NCBI GenBank assembly: GCA_965216875.1
Contig: OZ244207.1
Coordinates: 3,936,001-4,000,000, forward strand
DNA length: 64,000 bases
Direction: 5' to 3'
Origin: Rubripirellula sp.
Lineage (GTDB): Bacteria > Planctomycetota > Planctomycetia > Pirellulales > Pirellulaceae
Shown here: positions 33,701 through 43,232 of the stretch, one piece after another
Layout of the letters: each line of letters starts with the position of its first letter
How positions within the stretch are numbered: the stretch's first letter is position 1
Notes under the pieces: generated by a model
What the model saw: the letters and a program-made list of their open reading frames with translations, nothing else
Told to the model about the DNA's origin: nothing
Database searches by the model: none
Position numbers and translations under genes: made by a program

Positions 33701-36700
33701 AAGTTCTTCACAACCTGTCGCGTTTCGACATCAATCACCCAGCGGCTCAGCAAGTACTTCTTGTCAAAGCTGTATGCGAAATCATCAACGCTCCCGCTCC
33801 CTGCCGAAGCGTCGGTCGTGCCATCACTCAGGTCGATAAAGACCATCTTGTTGAATCCACCTGAAATCAAGAATTGCTCGTCAGGTGTCAACAGGATCTT
33901 CTGAGAACGCAAGTCTTCGGTTTGCAGCGTCTGAGCGATTTGCAAACTGACCAAATCGATTTCGGTAATGGTGCCGTCGCCGAAGGCGGTCGCCAGATAG
34001 GCCTTGGTTCCATCGGCATTGATCGTCACGTTACGCGATCCACGCGCGGTCTCGAGTGCTGCCAACTCGATGCCCGTACCGATATCGTAGATTCGCCCCG
34101 TCGCAACTTGATTGGCCTCCGTTGGAACGACAACCTTGGTGCCATCGGGGGTGATCGCAAAGTCGGAGTACCCCAGTTGCGCCGTCCCCGCGGGCCCGGA
34201 ATAAAGCGACAGCGACGTGACGCCGATTCCTTCGGTCGGAATGCTGCGTACTTCTTCGAGCGTGTCCATCGCGATGACGATCAACTTGTCGTCATCGGTC
34301 GCCACAACCGCCTGCTCGCCATCGGGAGTCATATGAACTCGAAACGGCCAAAACCCGGACACGGGAACGTCGGCCACCTTGGTTAGATTCACCAAGTCGA
34401 TCACGGTCACCGAATCACCACTCGTATTGGCCGTCACCGCCCGCGTTCCATCGGGTGACAGGGCGATGTTGACCGGCTCGCCGTCGACCGGGATGGTCGC
34501 TTCGACCGCATAGGTGTCGGCGTTGTAGACCATCACATTGCGGCTGCTGCGGTGTGCGATCAGGAACTTTGTGCCGTCGTGAGTGAATACGACATGGCGA
34601 TTCAAGTCGCCGTCAGGATCGGAATTGATCGAAATGAAGTTGGGCCCCGGCGTCGTTGCAACACTCACATCGCGAGCCCGCTGCGTTTGAGAAAAAACGA
34701 TCTTGGCTAAATCGCCTTCGACTCGAACATCGGCGTCTTCAAGTAGCGCATTGGGGATGAAACGGTTCTCGCCAATCTGGGTAAATTGATCCCAATCAAC
34801 CGGTGAATGCGGTGTATGACTTTGCCCTGCTGGCGTCTCACTCAGTTCGCCCAGATGCCCCAGCGCCGTGAGCGATGTGCCGATCGATTGGGCATCAGCA
34901 ATGGTATCGTTGGCCGGGTGATCAAACGTGGCGCCGTGAACGATGGCGCCATGATACGCACCGGCCGCGCCCGCAATCCGCAGCGAGACGACACCAGCCG
35001 ATTCAAAGTTCACAATCCGCGTCTGATCCTCAACGATCGTGCCCGTGATCAGCTCCGTCCCATCGCTAGCGTGAATGGCCAAGTCGAGGTCGCCGCCGCC
35101 CTGAACCACGACGGTGACGGGCGAATTGCCATCGAGCGTGAGATCGAACCAATCAACATCCGAAGCGGTTTCGAGCTGCCCCGACAAGCCAATCCTCGAC
35201 ACGTCGGCCGACAAGGTTGTGACTCCATTGTCGATGTCTTGAGCCGTTGCTTGAGTGTCGTTCGCAGTCCCGAGCGCCGACTCAACCTCGACAACAGCAT
35301 TCAACGACGCCGTCAGTTGATAGGCGCCCGCTGTTGCACCGACGTTTGACACTTCGATGGTGTACTGACCCGATGCCGCAACCGGAGCCGATTGAATCAA
35401 CAACGAATCGCCCGCCGAACCGGCACTCTGAGAATCAAGCTCCACACCGCCAGGGTCAAGCAGACGAACCTGTCCCTGCACGGCCGTCACTGTCGAATCG
35501 AACGCGACCGACAGAACTTGGCCGCCTTCAAGATCAAGCGTGTAACTGTCGACATCGTTGGCATCGTGCAGTTCGCCGGGCACGACGCCCTGGTAAATCA
35601 TCGACCCGAGTGGCGACTGAGCCTCGAGTGTTGCCGGGTACTCCGTCGTTACGGCATCCAACACATAGGATGCAGTGTAGGGCTGGTTGCCAAAACCAAG
35701 CTGATCGACCACAGCCCCCGCTGGCAACGTCAACTGCAACGCCGATTCACTACGAAAACCTGTCAAGGTGTATTCGACAGTGTCGCTATCGATTGCCTGG
35801 ACATTTGCTACTTGGCCGTGACTCAATAGCAGGTCATTCAACCCGAGAGATCCTGCGTTGATTGGTTCGCTAAAGTCCAATCGAAAAGTCGGAGAGGTGA
35901 TTGGCGCAGGCGAACCGGCTGCGGGAGTAATCGCAGTCACCACCAACGGGGTCGGATCATAAAAGAAGGTTGCGTCCAAGCGAGCGATTCCATCGGCATC
36001 AGCTTGGCGGAAAATGGTGTCCGTGTCGATCACCATCACCTGCGAACCTTCGATCGTCACAGGTGTCGTGTTGAACGTGATCTGCGCCGTGTCGCTGTCG
36101 AGCAAAACGACGCCATCCGCAGTGATTCCATTGACGGTCAAATCGGTGGCATCGACCGATCCAGCGTCAACGGGATCGGAAAAATCAATCGTGAAGACTG
36201 TCGGCGCGGTCGATAGGATTTCGTCTTCAGCGGGAGAGGCTGGCGTTGCAAACAAGCCCATCCGCTGAAGTGTGCCAAAGGCGTTCAATCGACCGCCAGT
36301 CACCGTTTTGCCGGTCAATGCCGAAATCGGATCCGTGCTGTCGTAGATCGCATCGCGAATCTCGGCGTACGTCGCATCTGGATCGACACTCCACGCGAGC
36401 GCCGCAGCGCCCGCGACATGTGGACTGGCCATCGACGTCCCACTCTTGAAGCCGTACCCATCACTGAGCACGGTGCTATAGATCGAGGAACCGGGCGCTC
36501 CCAAATCGACCGAGGTCAAACCGTAGTTTGAAAACGACGACAACGAATCGGAAGACGTCGTCGATGCTACCGAAATGATGTTGTCGAGATCGTACGAAGA
36601 GGGATAGTGCGGCGTGACCTCATTGTCGCGAGAGTCGTTTCCTGCCGCCGCAACAAACAACATTCCCTCTTGCCCGCTCGCTTCGATCGCATCCCGCAAC

Positions 36701-37719
36701 AGTGTCGACGAGCCACCGCCACCCCAACTGTTGTTCGTCAAAGGAATGTTCACACCATGATCACGTTTCATCATCGTGGCGTACTGGACAGCTTCAATCG
36801 CATCCGAAGTGCTTCCTGTCCCTCCCGACCCTAGAAACTTGAGCGCCATGATCTGAGCGTTCCAGTTCACGCCGACAACGCCAACGTTGTTGTTGCCAAC
36901 CGCAGCGATCGTGCCGGCGACATGCGTCCCATGGCTATGGTCGTCGACTGGGTCGTTGTCGTTGTTTCGAAAGTCCCAGCCGTAAAAGTCATCGACGTAG
37001 CCGTTGTTGTCGTCATCAACACCGTCTGCCACACACGTTCCATAGCCGCCCGGGCACTCCACCGGATTGGTCCACGTGTTGGCAGCGAGGTCGGGATGGT
37101 TGTAGTCGACCCCTGTATCGATGACACCCACCACAACGCTATCGGAACCTGTCGACAAGTCCCATGCCTCGGGGGCGTCAATGTCGGCATCACTCGATTG
37201 GTGTAGCCCCCAAAGACGATCGTATTCGGGATCGTTGGGAGTGACGTCAACCGAAATCACAAAGTCGGGCTCGGCGTGCTGAAAACCGGGCATGGTCGAA
37301 AAGACTTCCGTTGCGAGCGCAGGCGGAAGTTCGTCAGGGAACTGAAACAGATAGATGCCCGCGTCACTGATCTTTTGACCTACACGGATTGCGGCCGAAT
37401 GCACGCGCGCATCCGTGCCCTGGACTTGCGGGCCAAGACCGATCGTTTTACTCGAGACCGCCGCGACGGGATCAACCCGAACGATCCATTGCCCACGATG
37501 CACGTCCACGCGCTCGCCCTGCCACACCATCGACTCGATGTCCGAGTCGATCGCGGTCGGACTGGGATCCACAGAAACCAAATCTCCAGCCAACAAGTGA
37601 CGAGCCTCAAGCGGCTCATGCCGTAGGATTCGCTCGCGCAATCGTCGGCGTTTGCTGGAATCACTGTGGTTGAATGGTTCGACAAACTTGCGTTGATAAC
37701 GCTCCGGGTGGATTGCCAT
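27766..37719 (-). CDS. Giant secreted S8 (subtilisin-like) serine peptidase with PPC-like, Ig-like, YncE/YVTN beta-propeller, GEVED, VCBS/FG-GAP and dockerin-like modules
   Basis: N-terminal RRRLRER..EPLEARHLLA. Catalytic triad VIDTG / HGTHVAG / GTSMASPHVAG. GEVEDH x2, DxDGDGDxD repeats, FG.SVA..GD.DGDG..D repeats and C-terminal NLFDFAxFR repeats. Confidence 0.9.
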   Translation of the reverse strand: MAIHPERYQRKFVEPFNHSDSSKRRRLRERILRHEPLEARHLLAGDLVSVDPSPTAIDSDIESMVWQGERVDVHRGQWIVRVDPVAAVSSKTIGLGPQVQGTDARVHSAAIRVGQKISDAGIYLFQFPDELPPALATEVFSTMPGFQHAEPDFVISVDVTPNDPEYDRLWGLHQSSDADIDAPEAWDLSTGSDSVVVGVIDTGVDYNHPDLAANTWTNPVECPGGYGTCVADGVDDDNNGYVDDFYGWDFRNNDNDPVDDHSHGTHVAGTIAAVGNNNVGVVGVNWNAQIMALKFLGSGGTGSTSDAIEAVQYATMMKRDHGVNIPLTNNSWGGGGSSTLLRDAIEASGQEGMLFVAAAGNDSRDNEVTPHYPSSYDLDNIISVASTTSSDSLSSFSNYGLTSVDLGAPGSSIYSTVLSDGYGFKSGTSMASPHVAGAAALAWSVDPDATYAEIRDAIYDSTDPISALTGKTVTGGRLNAFGTLQRMGLFATPASPAEDEILSTAPTVFTIDFSDPVDAGSVDATDLTVNGITADGVVLLDSDTAQITFNTTPVTIEGSQVMVIDTDTIFRQADADGIARLDATFFYDPTPLVVTAITPAAGSPAPITSPTFRLDFSEPINAGSLGLNDLLLSHGQVANVQAIDSDTVEYTLTGFRSESALQLTLPAGAVVDQLGFGNQPYTASYVLDAVTTEYPATLEAQSPLGSMIYQGVVPGELHDANDVDSYTLDLEGGQVLSVAFDSTVTAVQGQVRLLDPGGVELDSQSAGSAGDSLLIQSAPVAASGQYTIEVSNVGATAGAYQLTASLNAVVEVESALGTANDTQATAQDIDNGVTTLSADVSRIGLSGQLETASDVDWFDLTLDGNSPVTVVVQGGGDLDLAIHASDGTELITGTIVEDQTRIVNFESAGVVSLRIAGAAGAYHGAIVHGATFDHPANDTIADAQSIGTSLTALGHLGELSETPAGQSHTPHSPVDWDQFTQIGENRFIPNALLEDADVRVEGDLAKIVFSQTQRARDVSVATTPGPNFISINSDPDGDLNRHVVFTHDGTKFLIAHRSSRNVMVYNADTYAVEATIPVDGEPVNIALSPDGTRAVTANTSGDSVTVIDLVNLTKVADVPVSGFWPFRVHMTPDGEQAVVATDDDKLIVIAMDTLEEVRSIPTEGIGVTSLSLYSGPAGTAQLGYSDFAITPDGTKVVVPTEANQVATGRIYDIGTGIELAALETARGSRNVTINADGTKAYLATAFGDGTITEIDLVSLQIAQTLQTEDLRSQKILLTPDEQFLISGGFNKMVFIDLSDGTTDASAGSGSVDDFAYSFDKKYLLSRWVIDVETRQVVKNLPVFLFLNQIATSPTEYKGIQATSTATQQFSVLNIDGASSSVLAEVVAGTSPEGDVPFSVEVSPDGRTAITTNFESDNITIVDLETQTATDWIPTGDGPQYVAFTPDGTHAVVSNSEDHSVSVVDLSAKSSVATISGLTDSPRHLLVNDDGTKAYVLTTDSSTTDFLYEIDLDGDASVLGRTLAVGNTYASFNRHTKITLSPDGSLLAVPATRDDELVLISTSTFSEVARLSVGSSPRRAIFSNDGSKVFTTNVSSGSVSVIAVNGASSTVVDTITGLSGLVAIELDSQGDYLYAARSAPSRVTVIDVNSHNQVATADTPTTGILNGMEIFQDQIFLISTQGVSSSAPLQDDRGYVARAVALGPDTYFIEETPVHGWLRDLSYSSTLAQVLPLTYSTDGIDLISYFRESTGDTDHYTFEPQVGDEITVTVSTPGDASGLFDNDLSHFVELYDSNDVLVASADDGSLTHTITRLGAHKVRVFARSFTSGEYLLNIDGVTQLAGPAIASLSPADDAQGVETDAPLVMTFDMAVFAGAGTISVFRSADDSLFESVDVTGSQVTFVSDQVTVDLNASFELQTEYYVVVDAGAIEDATGLPFGGITDKTHWNFHVNEGHDFGDAAAPYPTAVADQGPRHEAKGPSLGARDIEFAGVPSANFDSDDLTGIDDEEAITVVSIQPGQQNAVIEVDVQNAPSGALLDAWIDFDNDGFWGGAGEQIADSVAVVNGSNSILFDVPADAVDGALAARFRLSSAGDLGFIGDAVDGEVEDHLVTVTPPDPSSSFFAEQSIVVSNGGGQRTFPADMDGDGDVDIVIPSNSRARVAWWENDGTGQFTENEITSIFGVRDIAVADIDADGDQDLIVGTSSRFSWYENIGGQFTERLIDANSLSLDLSEPLDFDRDGDIDILAHSENDDTLHLFVNQGGGTFVDTSIIAIANVLDVEPVDADRDGDLDVFVTGNDGVVWVENNGGTFTSQTLQSGFSYAVTSGDFDLDGDLDLFVGTSSRTQLFNNDGSNNYTVMTVGNDWGVHFETADLDGDGDLDVLGEGVGDRQAFGFWRNEGGGAFTPITLGEEYLASIEAADFDLDGDLDVVARFGSQSFSWFLNVDTPEPEVTGLFPVDGTRFAPVDTSLVLTLNNPAQKGSGNITVHLASDDSVVETVDVNSAAVTVSGTSLTIDLTNNLVSETEYYVLFDDGVIEDAAGFPVAGLLNSTDWNFATIGEGVDYGDAPDLASGTGVGDYRTTLADNGPSHVLTGGLVIGRAIDGDDGSLQNTAATADDLDHSTSDEDGLSVVPGLSFTAGTSPAVTVTVTNQTANAATLYGWLDANRDGEFELTERTEVAVPAGTLLQAVSLSFSAIPGNVFGASYLRLRLGQDVASQSPIGPSDAGEVEDHAVQIHSPTDGTIEDVALIAEQTGGGPVLARNDNFGRSVAPLGDFDGDGINDIVIGADSYDDGADQNVGAVFITLLNADGTAKSTIPITGSTSSLPIEASSMLGSGVANIGDFDNDGVTDLAVLSGATVESTRDALHILLMNADGSIKSSTTSNLETAAGLLHTADSVANIGDLNNDGVTDLAVGAAVHYHNGSPVGGVFVLFMNADGTVNDHALISNNTGGGPALQNFWSFGQSVAGIGDLDGDSIPDMVIGSVGDATFHPWAGAVYVALMNRDGSARELQKIDPANGGPTLERNDYFGYSVAHAGDLDGDGKPEILVGSRGYDSSRGRVYVFSLNADGTVASTSSYESGVGGMPTLDTSDQFGSSVAVIGDINHDGAVDLAIGARIETGASERAGGVYVISLAPPPRPLGVEQVVIDDGTEQRSTVREIRVHFDGEATIDPGAFELSNGDDQAVDVNATTEIVDGKTIATLTFSGAQVDAYGSLLDANYTLTLLDTHIRDGNGDAFDGDGDGTSGGSHVDDFYRLYGDITGNRHVDLFDFAQFRNSYNRPSSDPNFVAGFDQDGNELINLFDFAAFRNNFGDQMPE

Positions 37720-37959
37720 CGTTCCCCAAATGCACAATTCGATAACTTAGATAAGGCCGAAAAAATAGCCTGGGCAGGGGACTAGTATACGACAAGAAGA
37801 TGGGGATTTCCCGGCTCTTGGCCAGCTCGCGATTCCAGAACGGGAGCTGACGCACTCGGAACGACGCCGATCAGCCGGAAAAACGCCTCGGCGCTCGTTC
37901 CGGCTCACATGAAGCTACCCTCACACCGCGGAAACTGCCTGGAAATCGGGCGAATGCGA

Positions 37960-38379
37960 TCAGTCCGATTTGTTTTCGGCACGCGCAGCCTTGTCGATGA
38001 TCACCAGTGTGTTTGGCTGGATGACTCGCAGGTAGTACGGATGCACCGGATTCCCATCGCTCGATACGAGTACGACCGAGGGCTTCTTGAGCGCCGTCAC
38101 GATGGCCTTTTGATCCAAACGTTTGCCCGCGGCATTGGTCACTTCAAGATCAGACAGCTTGCGTTTGTGATACTTCCAAAGCCAAATCGGCTTTCCACCC
38201 AATTTGGAATCCATTGGGTACGACAACAACACATCCGTCCCGCTTGGAATAAAGGCTTCACGAAACAGCGGAGTGGGCGTCGGCACTTGCGGCTTCATTG
38301 GAAGTGACTCGCCCGGCTGCTCTGCGATGGCGGACAGCGAGAGGAACAACACCAGCACGAGTGCAATCGATCGGCACAT
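37960..38379 (-). CDS. Hypothetical exported protein
   Basis: ATG 38379 MCRSIALVLVLFLSLSAIA signal peptide, with GGAGG upstream. The C-terminal half (GKRLD...LKKPSVVLVSSDG..V.PYYL.VI.P.TLVII) looks protein-like. Confidence 0.65.
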   Translation of the reverse strand: MCRSIALVLVLFLSLSAIAEQPGESLPMKPQVPTPTPLFREAFIPSGTDVLLSYPMDSKLGGKPIWLWKYHKRKLSDLEVTNAAGKRLDQKAIVTALKKPSVVLVSSDGNPVHPYYLRVIQPNTLVIIDKAARAENKSD

Positions 38380-38479
38380 CTGCGTACCCTCTGGATAAGG
38401 AGGCATGGAATGACACTTCAAGCGTATGAGCAAAACCTTGGGTGCGGACTGAATCGAATCGTCATGATTTCTTAGAGCC

Positions 38480-38767
38480 TCAATCGCTGGTTTGTGCGAA
38501 GCTCGCGGCAAATCGCTGATGCACCGCCAGCCCACCAAGTAATCCGCCGATGATGGCGACAAGCCCGGAACCGGGCATCACCAAGAAACCAAGATTCAAA
38601 CCGAGGTAGGTCGCCAACCCCACGACCATCGGAGCGAACCGGTGGCCGCCCCGCGGTCTCGAACGCTCACGAGACGCAGCGAGCTGCATTCCCCACGCCG
38701 TCAACGTTACGCCCAACGCAAACGTGAGGAATCCAAGTTGTGCTTCAGCAAACTGAACCAAACTCAT
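38480..38767 (-). CDS. Hypothetical small membrane protein (3 TM)
   Basis: Three hydrophobic segments within ~95 aa. Confidence 0.55.
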   Translation of the reverse strand: MSLVQFAEAQLGFLTFALGVTLTAWGMQLAASRERSRPRGGHRFAPMVVGLATYLGLNLGFLVMPGSGLVAIIGGLLGGLAVHQRFAASFAQTSD

Positions 38768-38991
38768 CCCATTGGAAACCAATAGGGGACAAAGCGTCTC
38801 TGGAAGAGACAGGATTCCACAGCCCCCTTTCTAACATGCTCGCGGCCGCGATGCTGAAAATTACGTCACCGGCTCGCCGACCTGCAGGCGAAAGTGGGAC
38901 TGGAGGTCATGCTTCGGATGACGGTCCAAGAGTGTCATGCAAAGCATGACCTACTGGTCGGTCCAGCTCCAAATGTCACGCATCCGGATAG

Positions 38992-39094
38992 CACTCTCCC
39001 TTGGGAGAGTCGGGCTCTCAGGCCCGGTGAGGGGCACTTCGAACGGCCCTCCCCGGGCTTTAGCGCCCGACCCTCCCACAAGTGGGAGGGTAAT
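38992..39094. repeat. REP-like element, family E
   Basis: Near-identical to 18701-18807. Confidence 0.85.
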
Positions 39095-39150
39095 TCCTGT
39101 TGAGACCGACCACTACGCTAAATGCGGGATGACGAACCTGCAGATTGCGT

Positions 39151-40530
39151 TCAGGATGCGGGTGCGCCGTCTTCTTTCATTCGCTCGCGCAGTTCTTTAC
39201 AGGCGTCGCTTGGGTTGCTGCATAGCGAACAACTTACACTTCCATCTTCGCCCGTCTTACTCGAGAGTCCGCCGCACGACCCGCTGATCGGCTTGCCTCG
39301 CAACATCACGCCGAGTCCCATCCCGACCAGGATGATTGCGAAGATCAATGCGGTGAGGATCACCACCGCGACCAAATTCCCCATGCCGTTGGGTGCGATC
39401 GCGGGCGCTTCGGCCGCAGCCACTTCCGCTCCAGCCTGTGCGTACTTTGCCAACACACCGGTACCGTGCAGGACGAGCTCGTCGCCCTTTCTCTCGGATA
39501 CCAACACGGACATTTTTTCCGACGCCGCAAGCTGCAATCCCTCTTCGACGCCAACCACATTGATGGCGGTCGCCCAAGCATCGGCCGCCATGCAAGTTGG
39601 CGCGATCACCGATACCGAAGCGACACCGTGCTCGATTGGTGCTTGGCGTCGCGGATCGATTGTGTGGGAATAGCGTTTGCCGTCGGCTTCGAAATAGTTG
39701 CGATAGTCACCGGACGTTGCCATCGATTCGTCACGCCCGTCGCGCGTGCTCATCCCATGGGCAATCAACTCTTGCTTTGAGTCATCAACAGTTGGCAACT
39801 CAATACCGACCTGCCACCACTGATCACCTTTCTGGCCACTGGTGCGGACTTCGCCACCAATCTCAACGAACACGTTTTCGATGCCGAGTGAATCGAGCAG
39901 CTCGACCACTCGATCGACGCCGTGCCCTTTGGCAATTGCCGACAAGTCGACCTGCAAACCTGGGACTTCCTTGCGTAGCGCCGGTGGGTCGGTTCGCACA
40001 GAGAGTTTCTTGTAACCAACCGACTTGGAAAGTTCGGCCAGAGTTTCCGAATCGGGAACGGTTCGATCGCGCGGCGTCGGACCAAAGCTCCACGCGTTGA
40101 CGAGCGGCCCTACCGTGACGTCGAACGCGCCGCCGGTTTTCTCGGCAACCGCTTGGGCGTACGCAACGACTTCCGCCGTCTCTTTGCTGACCGGAAACCA
40201 ATCGGTCGAATCGGTTGCGTTGAACCGACCGAGTTCCGACGACTTGAGGTAGGTCGACATCTGGTCGTTCACGCGACGCAGCTCTGCGTCGATCAACAAC
40301 GGAAGATCTTTGTCGAGCTCGGGCGGGTCAAAAATCTTGACCATGTAGAGCGTGCCCATCGTTTGGCCACGCAACTGGACGATGCCCTTGGCAGCCTTGG
40401 CCTGGACCGCATCGTCCGGGGCGGAAGGGTCTTGGGATTGAGCGGGAGTCCCAAGCAAGAGGCTTGCGACCAAGGCGAGCAACAAAGCGGCAAGTTTGGA
40501 TTGCTGCCGAATGGTTTGATTGATCAACAT
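39151..40530 (-). CDS. apbE: FAD:protein FMN transferase ApbE fused to a C-terminal NqrM-like (DUF539) module
   Basis: ApbE motifs MGT, FDVTVGPL, DLSAIAKG.GVD, EIGGE, ATSGDYRNY, YSHTIDP, ADAWATA. These are followed by a TM helix and RGKPISGSCGG...CSLC......C. Confidence 0.9.
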   Translation of the reverse strand: MLINQTIRQQSKLAALLLALVASLLLGTPAQSQDPSAPDDAVQAKAAKGIVQLRGQTMGTLYMVKIFDPPELDKDLPLLIDAELRRVNDQMSTYLKSSELGRFNATDSTDWFPVSKETAEVVAYAQAVAEKTGGAFDVTVGPLVNAWSFGPTPRDRTVPDSETLAELSKSVGYKKLSVRTDPPALRKEVPGLQVDLSAIAKGHGVDRVVELLDSLGIENVFVEIGGEVRTSGQKGDQWWQVGIELPTVDDSKQELIAHGMSTRDGRDESMATSGDYRNYFEADGKRYSHTIDPRRQAPIEHGVASVSVIAPTCMAADAWATAINVVGVEEGLQLAASEKMSVLVSERKGDELVLHGTGVLAKYAQAGAEVAAAEAPAIAPNGMGNLVAVVILTALIFAIILVGMGLGVMLRGKPISGSCGGLSSKTGEDGSVSCSLCSNPSDACKELRERMKEDGAPAS

Positions 40531-40600
40531 CAAAGCACCAGTTTGGTGGCCATGCCTCACGACAACTGAGCGGCGAACCGCTCAACTTCCCCTTACAACT

Positions 40601-40643
40601 CCCTCCTTCCCATGGAGGGTCGGGCGCTAGAGCCCGGGGAGGT
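40601..40643. repeat. Partial inverted family E REP-like element
   Basis: CCCTCC...GGAGGGTCGGGCGCTAGAGCCCGGGGAGG. Confidence 0.65.
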
Positions 40644-40694
40644 TTCGCCCCTCCCAGAGGAACAGTGGCGCTGCCTGCCTACCGATCATTCAGC

Positions 40695-41912
40695 TTAGCC
40701 GCCGAAGTCATCGTATGCGATGTTCTCTGGCTCGACACCGAGGTCGTCCAACATCTTGAAGACCGCCTGGTTCATCATTGGCGGACCACAGATGTAGTAT
40801 TCGATATCTTCCGGTGCTGGGTGCTTGCTCAAGTAGTTGTCGAGCAACACTTGGTGAATGAACCCAACGTAGCCGTCCCAGTTGTCTTCGGGCTGAGGCT
40901 CGGAAAGGGCGATGTTGAACTTGAAGTTCGGAAAATCTTTTTCGATATCACGGAAGTGATCGATGTAGAACAACTCGCGAAGACTACGACCACCGTACCA
41001 GTACGAAACCTTACGGTCGGTCTTTTGTCGCTTGAACAACTCGAAGATGTGGCTTCGCAGTGGAGCCATACCAGCACCACCACCGATGTAAACCATTTCG
41101 GCCTCGCTGTCCTTGATAAAGAACTCGCCGTAAGGTCCCGAGATCGTCGCTTTGTCACCTGGCTTGAGCGAGAAGATCCAGCTACTCATCTTTCCTGGCG
41201 GCACGTCTGGCAATCGCGGCGGAGGCGATGCGACGCGAATGTTCAGCATGATGATGCCTTTTTCGCCAGGGTAGTTTGCCATCGAGTAAGCACGAATCAC
41301 AGGCTCGTCGACCTTCGAGACAAATCGCCAGATGTCGAACTTATCCCAGTCGTCGTGATACTCTTCTTCGATGTCGAAGTCTTTGTAGGCGATTTCGTGC
41401 GGAGGACATTCAATTTGGATGTAACCACCCGCCCTGAAGTCGACCTCTTCGCCTTCGGGAAGTTCGAGCACGAACTCTTTGATGAACGTCGCAACATTGT
41501 GGTTGCTGCGAACGGTGCATTCCCACTTTTTGGTATCGAATGCTTCGGCGGGAACTTCGACCGTCATGTCGGTCTTGACCGCAACCTGACAGCTCAAGCG
41601 TTCGCCTTCGGCAGCTTCCTTTTTGTTGATGTGGTCTTTTTCCGTTGCAAGGATATCGCCACCACCATCGGTGACTTTCACTTTGCACTGGGCACAGGTA
41701 CCACCACCACCGCAAGCACTACTGACAAAGATGCCTGCATCGGCCAAAGCACCCAACAGCTTTCCGCCAGCGGGAACTTCGATCTCTTTTTGTTCGTTGA
41801 CCATGATCTTGACCGCACCGGAATTCACCAGTTGGCTCTTGGCCGCCAAAATCACCAGCACCAGTGCGATCACCACACCGGTGAACATCACAACGCCGAG
41901 AATAATTGTCAT
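40695..41912 (-). CDS. nqrF: Na+-translocating NADH:quinone reductase subunit F
   Basis: [12 protein letters not shown] [2Fe-2S], [35 protein letters not shown]. Confidence 0.97.
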   Translation of the reverse strand: MTIILGVVMFTGVVIALVLVILAAKSQLVNSGAVKIMVNEQKEIEVPAGGKLLGALADAGIFVSSACGGGGTCAQCKVKVTDGGGDILATEKDHINKKEAAEGERLSCQVAVKTDMTVEVPAEAFDTKKWECTVRSNHNVATFIKEFVLELPEGEEVDFRAGGYIQIECPPHEIAYKDFDIEEEYHDDWDKFDIWRFVSKVDEPVIRAYSMANYPGEKGIIMLNIRVASPPPRLPDVPPGKMSSWIFSLKPGDKATISGPYGEFFIKDSEAEMVYIGGGAGMAPLRSHIFELFKRQKTDRKVSYWYGGRSLRELFYIDHFRDIEKDFPNFKFNIALSEPQPEDNWDGYVGFIHQVLLDNYLSKHPAPEDIEYYICGPPMMNQAVFKMLDDLGVEPENIAYDDFGG

Positions 41913-41969
41913 CGTTTGAACTCTACGAATTGCTGCTTTGGATGGACGTTTTCAACGCGCGTCGACGGT

Positions 41970-42605
41970 CTACAGTTGGATACCGCCGAACGACATGAAT
42001 GCCAGCGCCATCAGGCCGACAGTGATAAACGTGATTCCGAGGCCACGAAGCGGCGGCGGAACGTCACTGTATTTCATCTTCTCACGAATACCGGCAAGCG
42101 CGGCGATCGCCAACGCCCAACCGACACCACATCCGAGGCCGTAAACGACTGCTTCGGGAAGGTTGTAGTTGCGTTCTTCCATGAACAGCGAACCACCAAG
42201 GATCGCACAGTTCACGGTGATCAGCGGCAAGAAGATACCGAGCGTGTTGTAGAGAGCTGGCACATACTTATCGAGAAACATCTCGAGGATTTGCACCATC
42301 GCCGCAATCACGCCGATGTAACTGATGAAGGTCAGGAACGACAAGTCAACCGTTGCAAAGTCGACCGTCGAAGTTGGGATGAAATTGTTAGCCCAAACCA
42401 ACGCACCCTTCTTCAGCAGCCATGAGTAAATCAATTGGTTAGCGGGAATCGTGATCCCTTCGATCACGATCACGGCCAAGCCAAGGCCAAGCGCCGTCTT
42501 GACGTTCTTACTGATCGCCAAAAAGGTACACATCCCCAGGAAGAATGCGAGTGCGAGGTTTTCGATGAAAACCGCAGTGATGAAAATGCTTAGTAGGTGT
42601 TCCAC
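41970..42605 (-). CDS. nqrE: Na+-NQR subunit E
   Basis: [39 protein letters not shown]. Confidence 0.96.
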   Translation of the reverse strand: MEHLLSIFITAVFIENLALAFFLGMCTFLAISKNVKTALGLGLAVIVIEGITIPANQLIYSWLLKKGALVWANNFIPTSTVDFATVDLSFLTFISYIGVIAAMVQILEMFLDKYVPALYNTLGIFLPLITVNCAILGGSLFMEERNYNLPEAVVYGLGCGVGWALAIAALAGIREKMKYSDVPPPLRGLGITFITVGLMALAFMSFGGIQL

Positions 42606-42608
42606 AGC

Positions 42609-43232
42609 TTAAGCCTCCTCGATCTGCTCAGGACGGAATGCCCGAATCACCCAGATCAGAAACCCGATCAGGAAGAATGCACTTGGGGGCAACAGCATCA
42701 AGTTGTTGGGGTTGTACCAGCCACCATTTCGGTCAAGTTCCAAAATGGTGATGCCGAACAGCGAACCACTTCCGAAGAGTTCGCGGAAGAACGCGACAAA
42801 CAGCAAAACCATTCCGTACCCAAGACCGTTGCCGATCCCGTCAAGGAAACTGATCCCTGCATTGTTTTTCATCGCAAAGCCCTCGGCACGGCCCATCACG
42901 ATACAGTTGGTGATGATCAGGCCGACGAAGACCGAAAGTTGTTTCGAAATGTCGAACAAGAATGCCTTGAGCAGCTGGTCGACGATGATCACCAGCGAAG
43001 CGATGACGGTCATCTGAACGATGATCCGAATGCTCGTTGGAATGAAGTGACGAATGGCACTGACGGCAAGGTTACTGAACGCGGTCACCGCGATCACAGC
43101 AACACTCATCACAGCCGACGTTTCCATCTTGGTTGTCACCGCGAGAGCCGAACAGATCCCGAGGATCTGGAGAGCAATCGGGTTATTGTTGACCAACGGG
43201 TCGGTCAACACATCGAGTTTCTTATCAGCCAT
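42609..43232 (-). CDS. nqrD: Na+-NQR subunit D
   Basis: [39 protein letters not shown]. Confidence 0.96.
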   Translation of the reverse strand: MADKKLDVLTDPLVNNNPIALQILGICSALAVTTKMETSAVMSVAVIAVTAFSNLAVSAIRHFIPTSIRIIVQMTVIASLVIIVDQLLKAFLFDISKQLSVFVGLIITNCIVMGRAEGFAMKNNAGISFLDGIGNGLGYGMVLLFVAFFRELFGSGSLFGITILELDRNGGWYNPNNLMLLPPSAFFLIGFLIWVIRAFRPEQIEEA

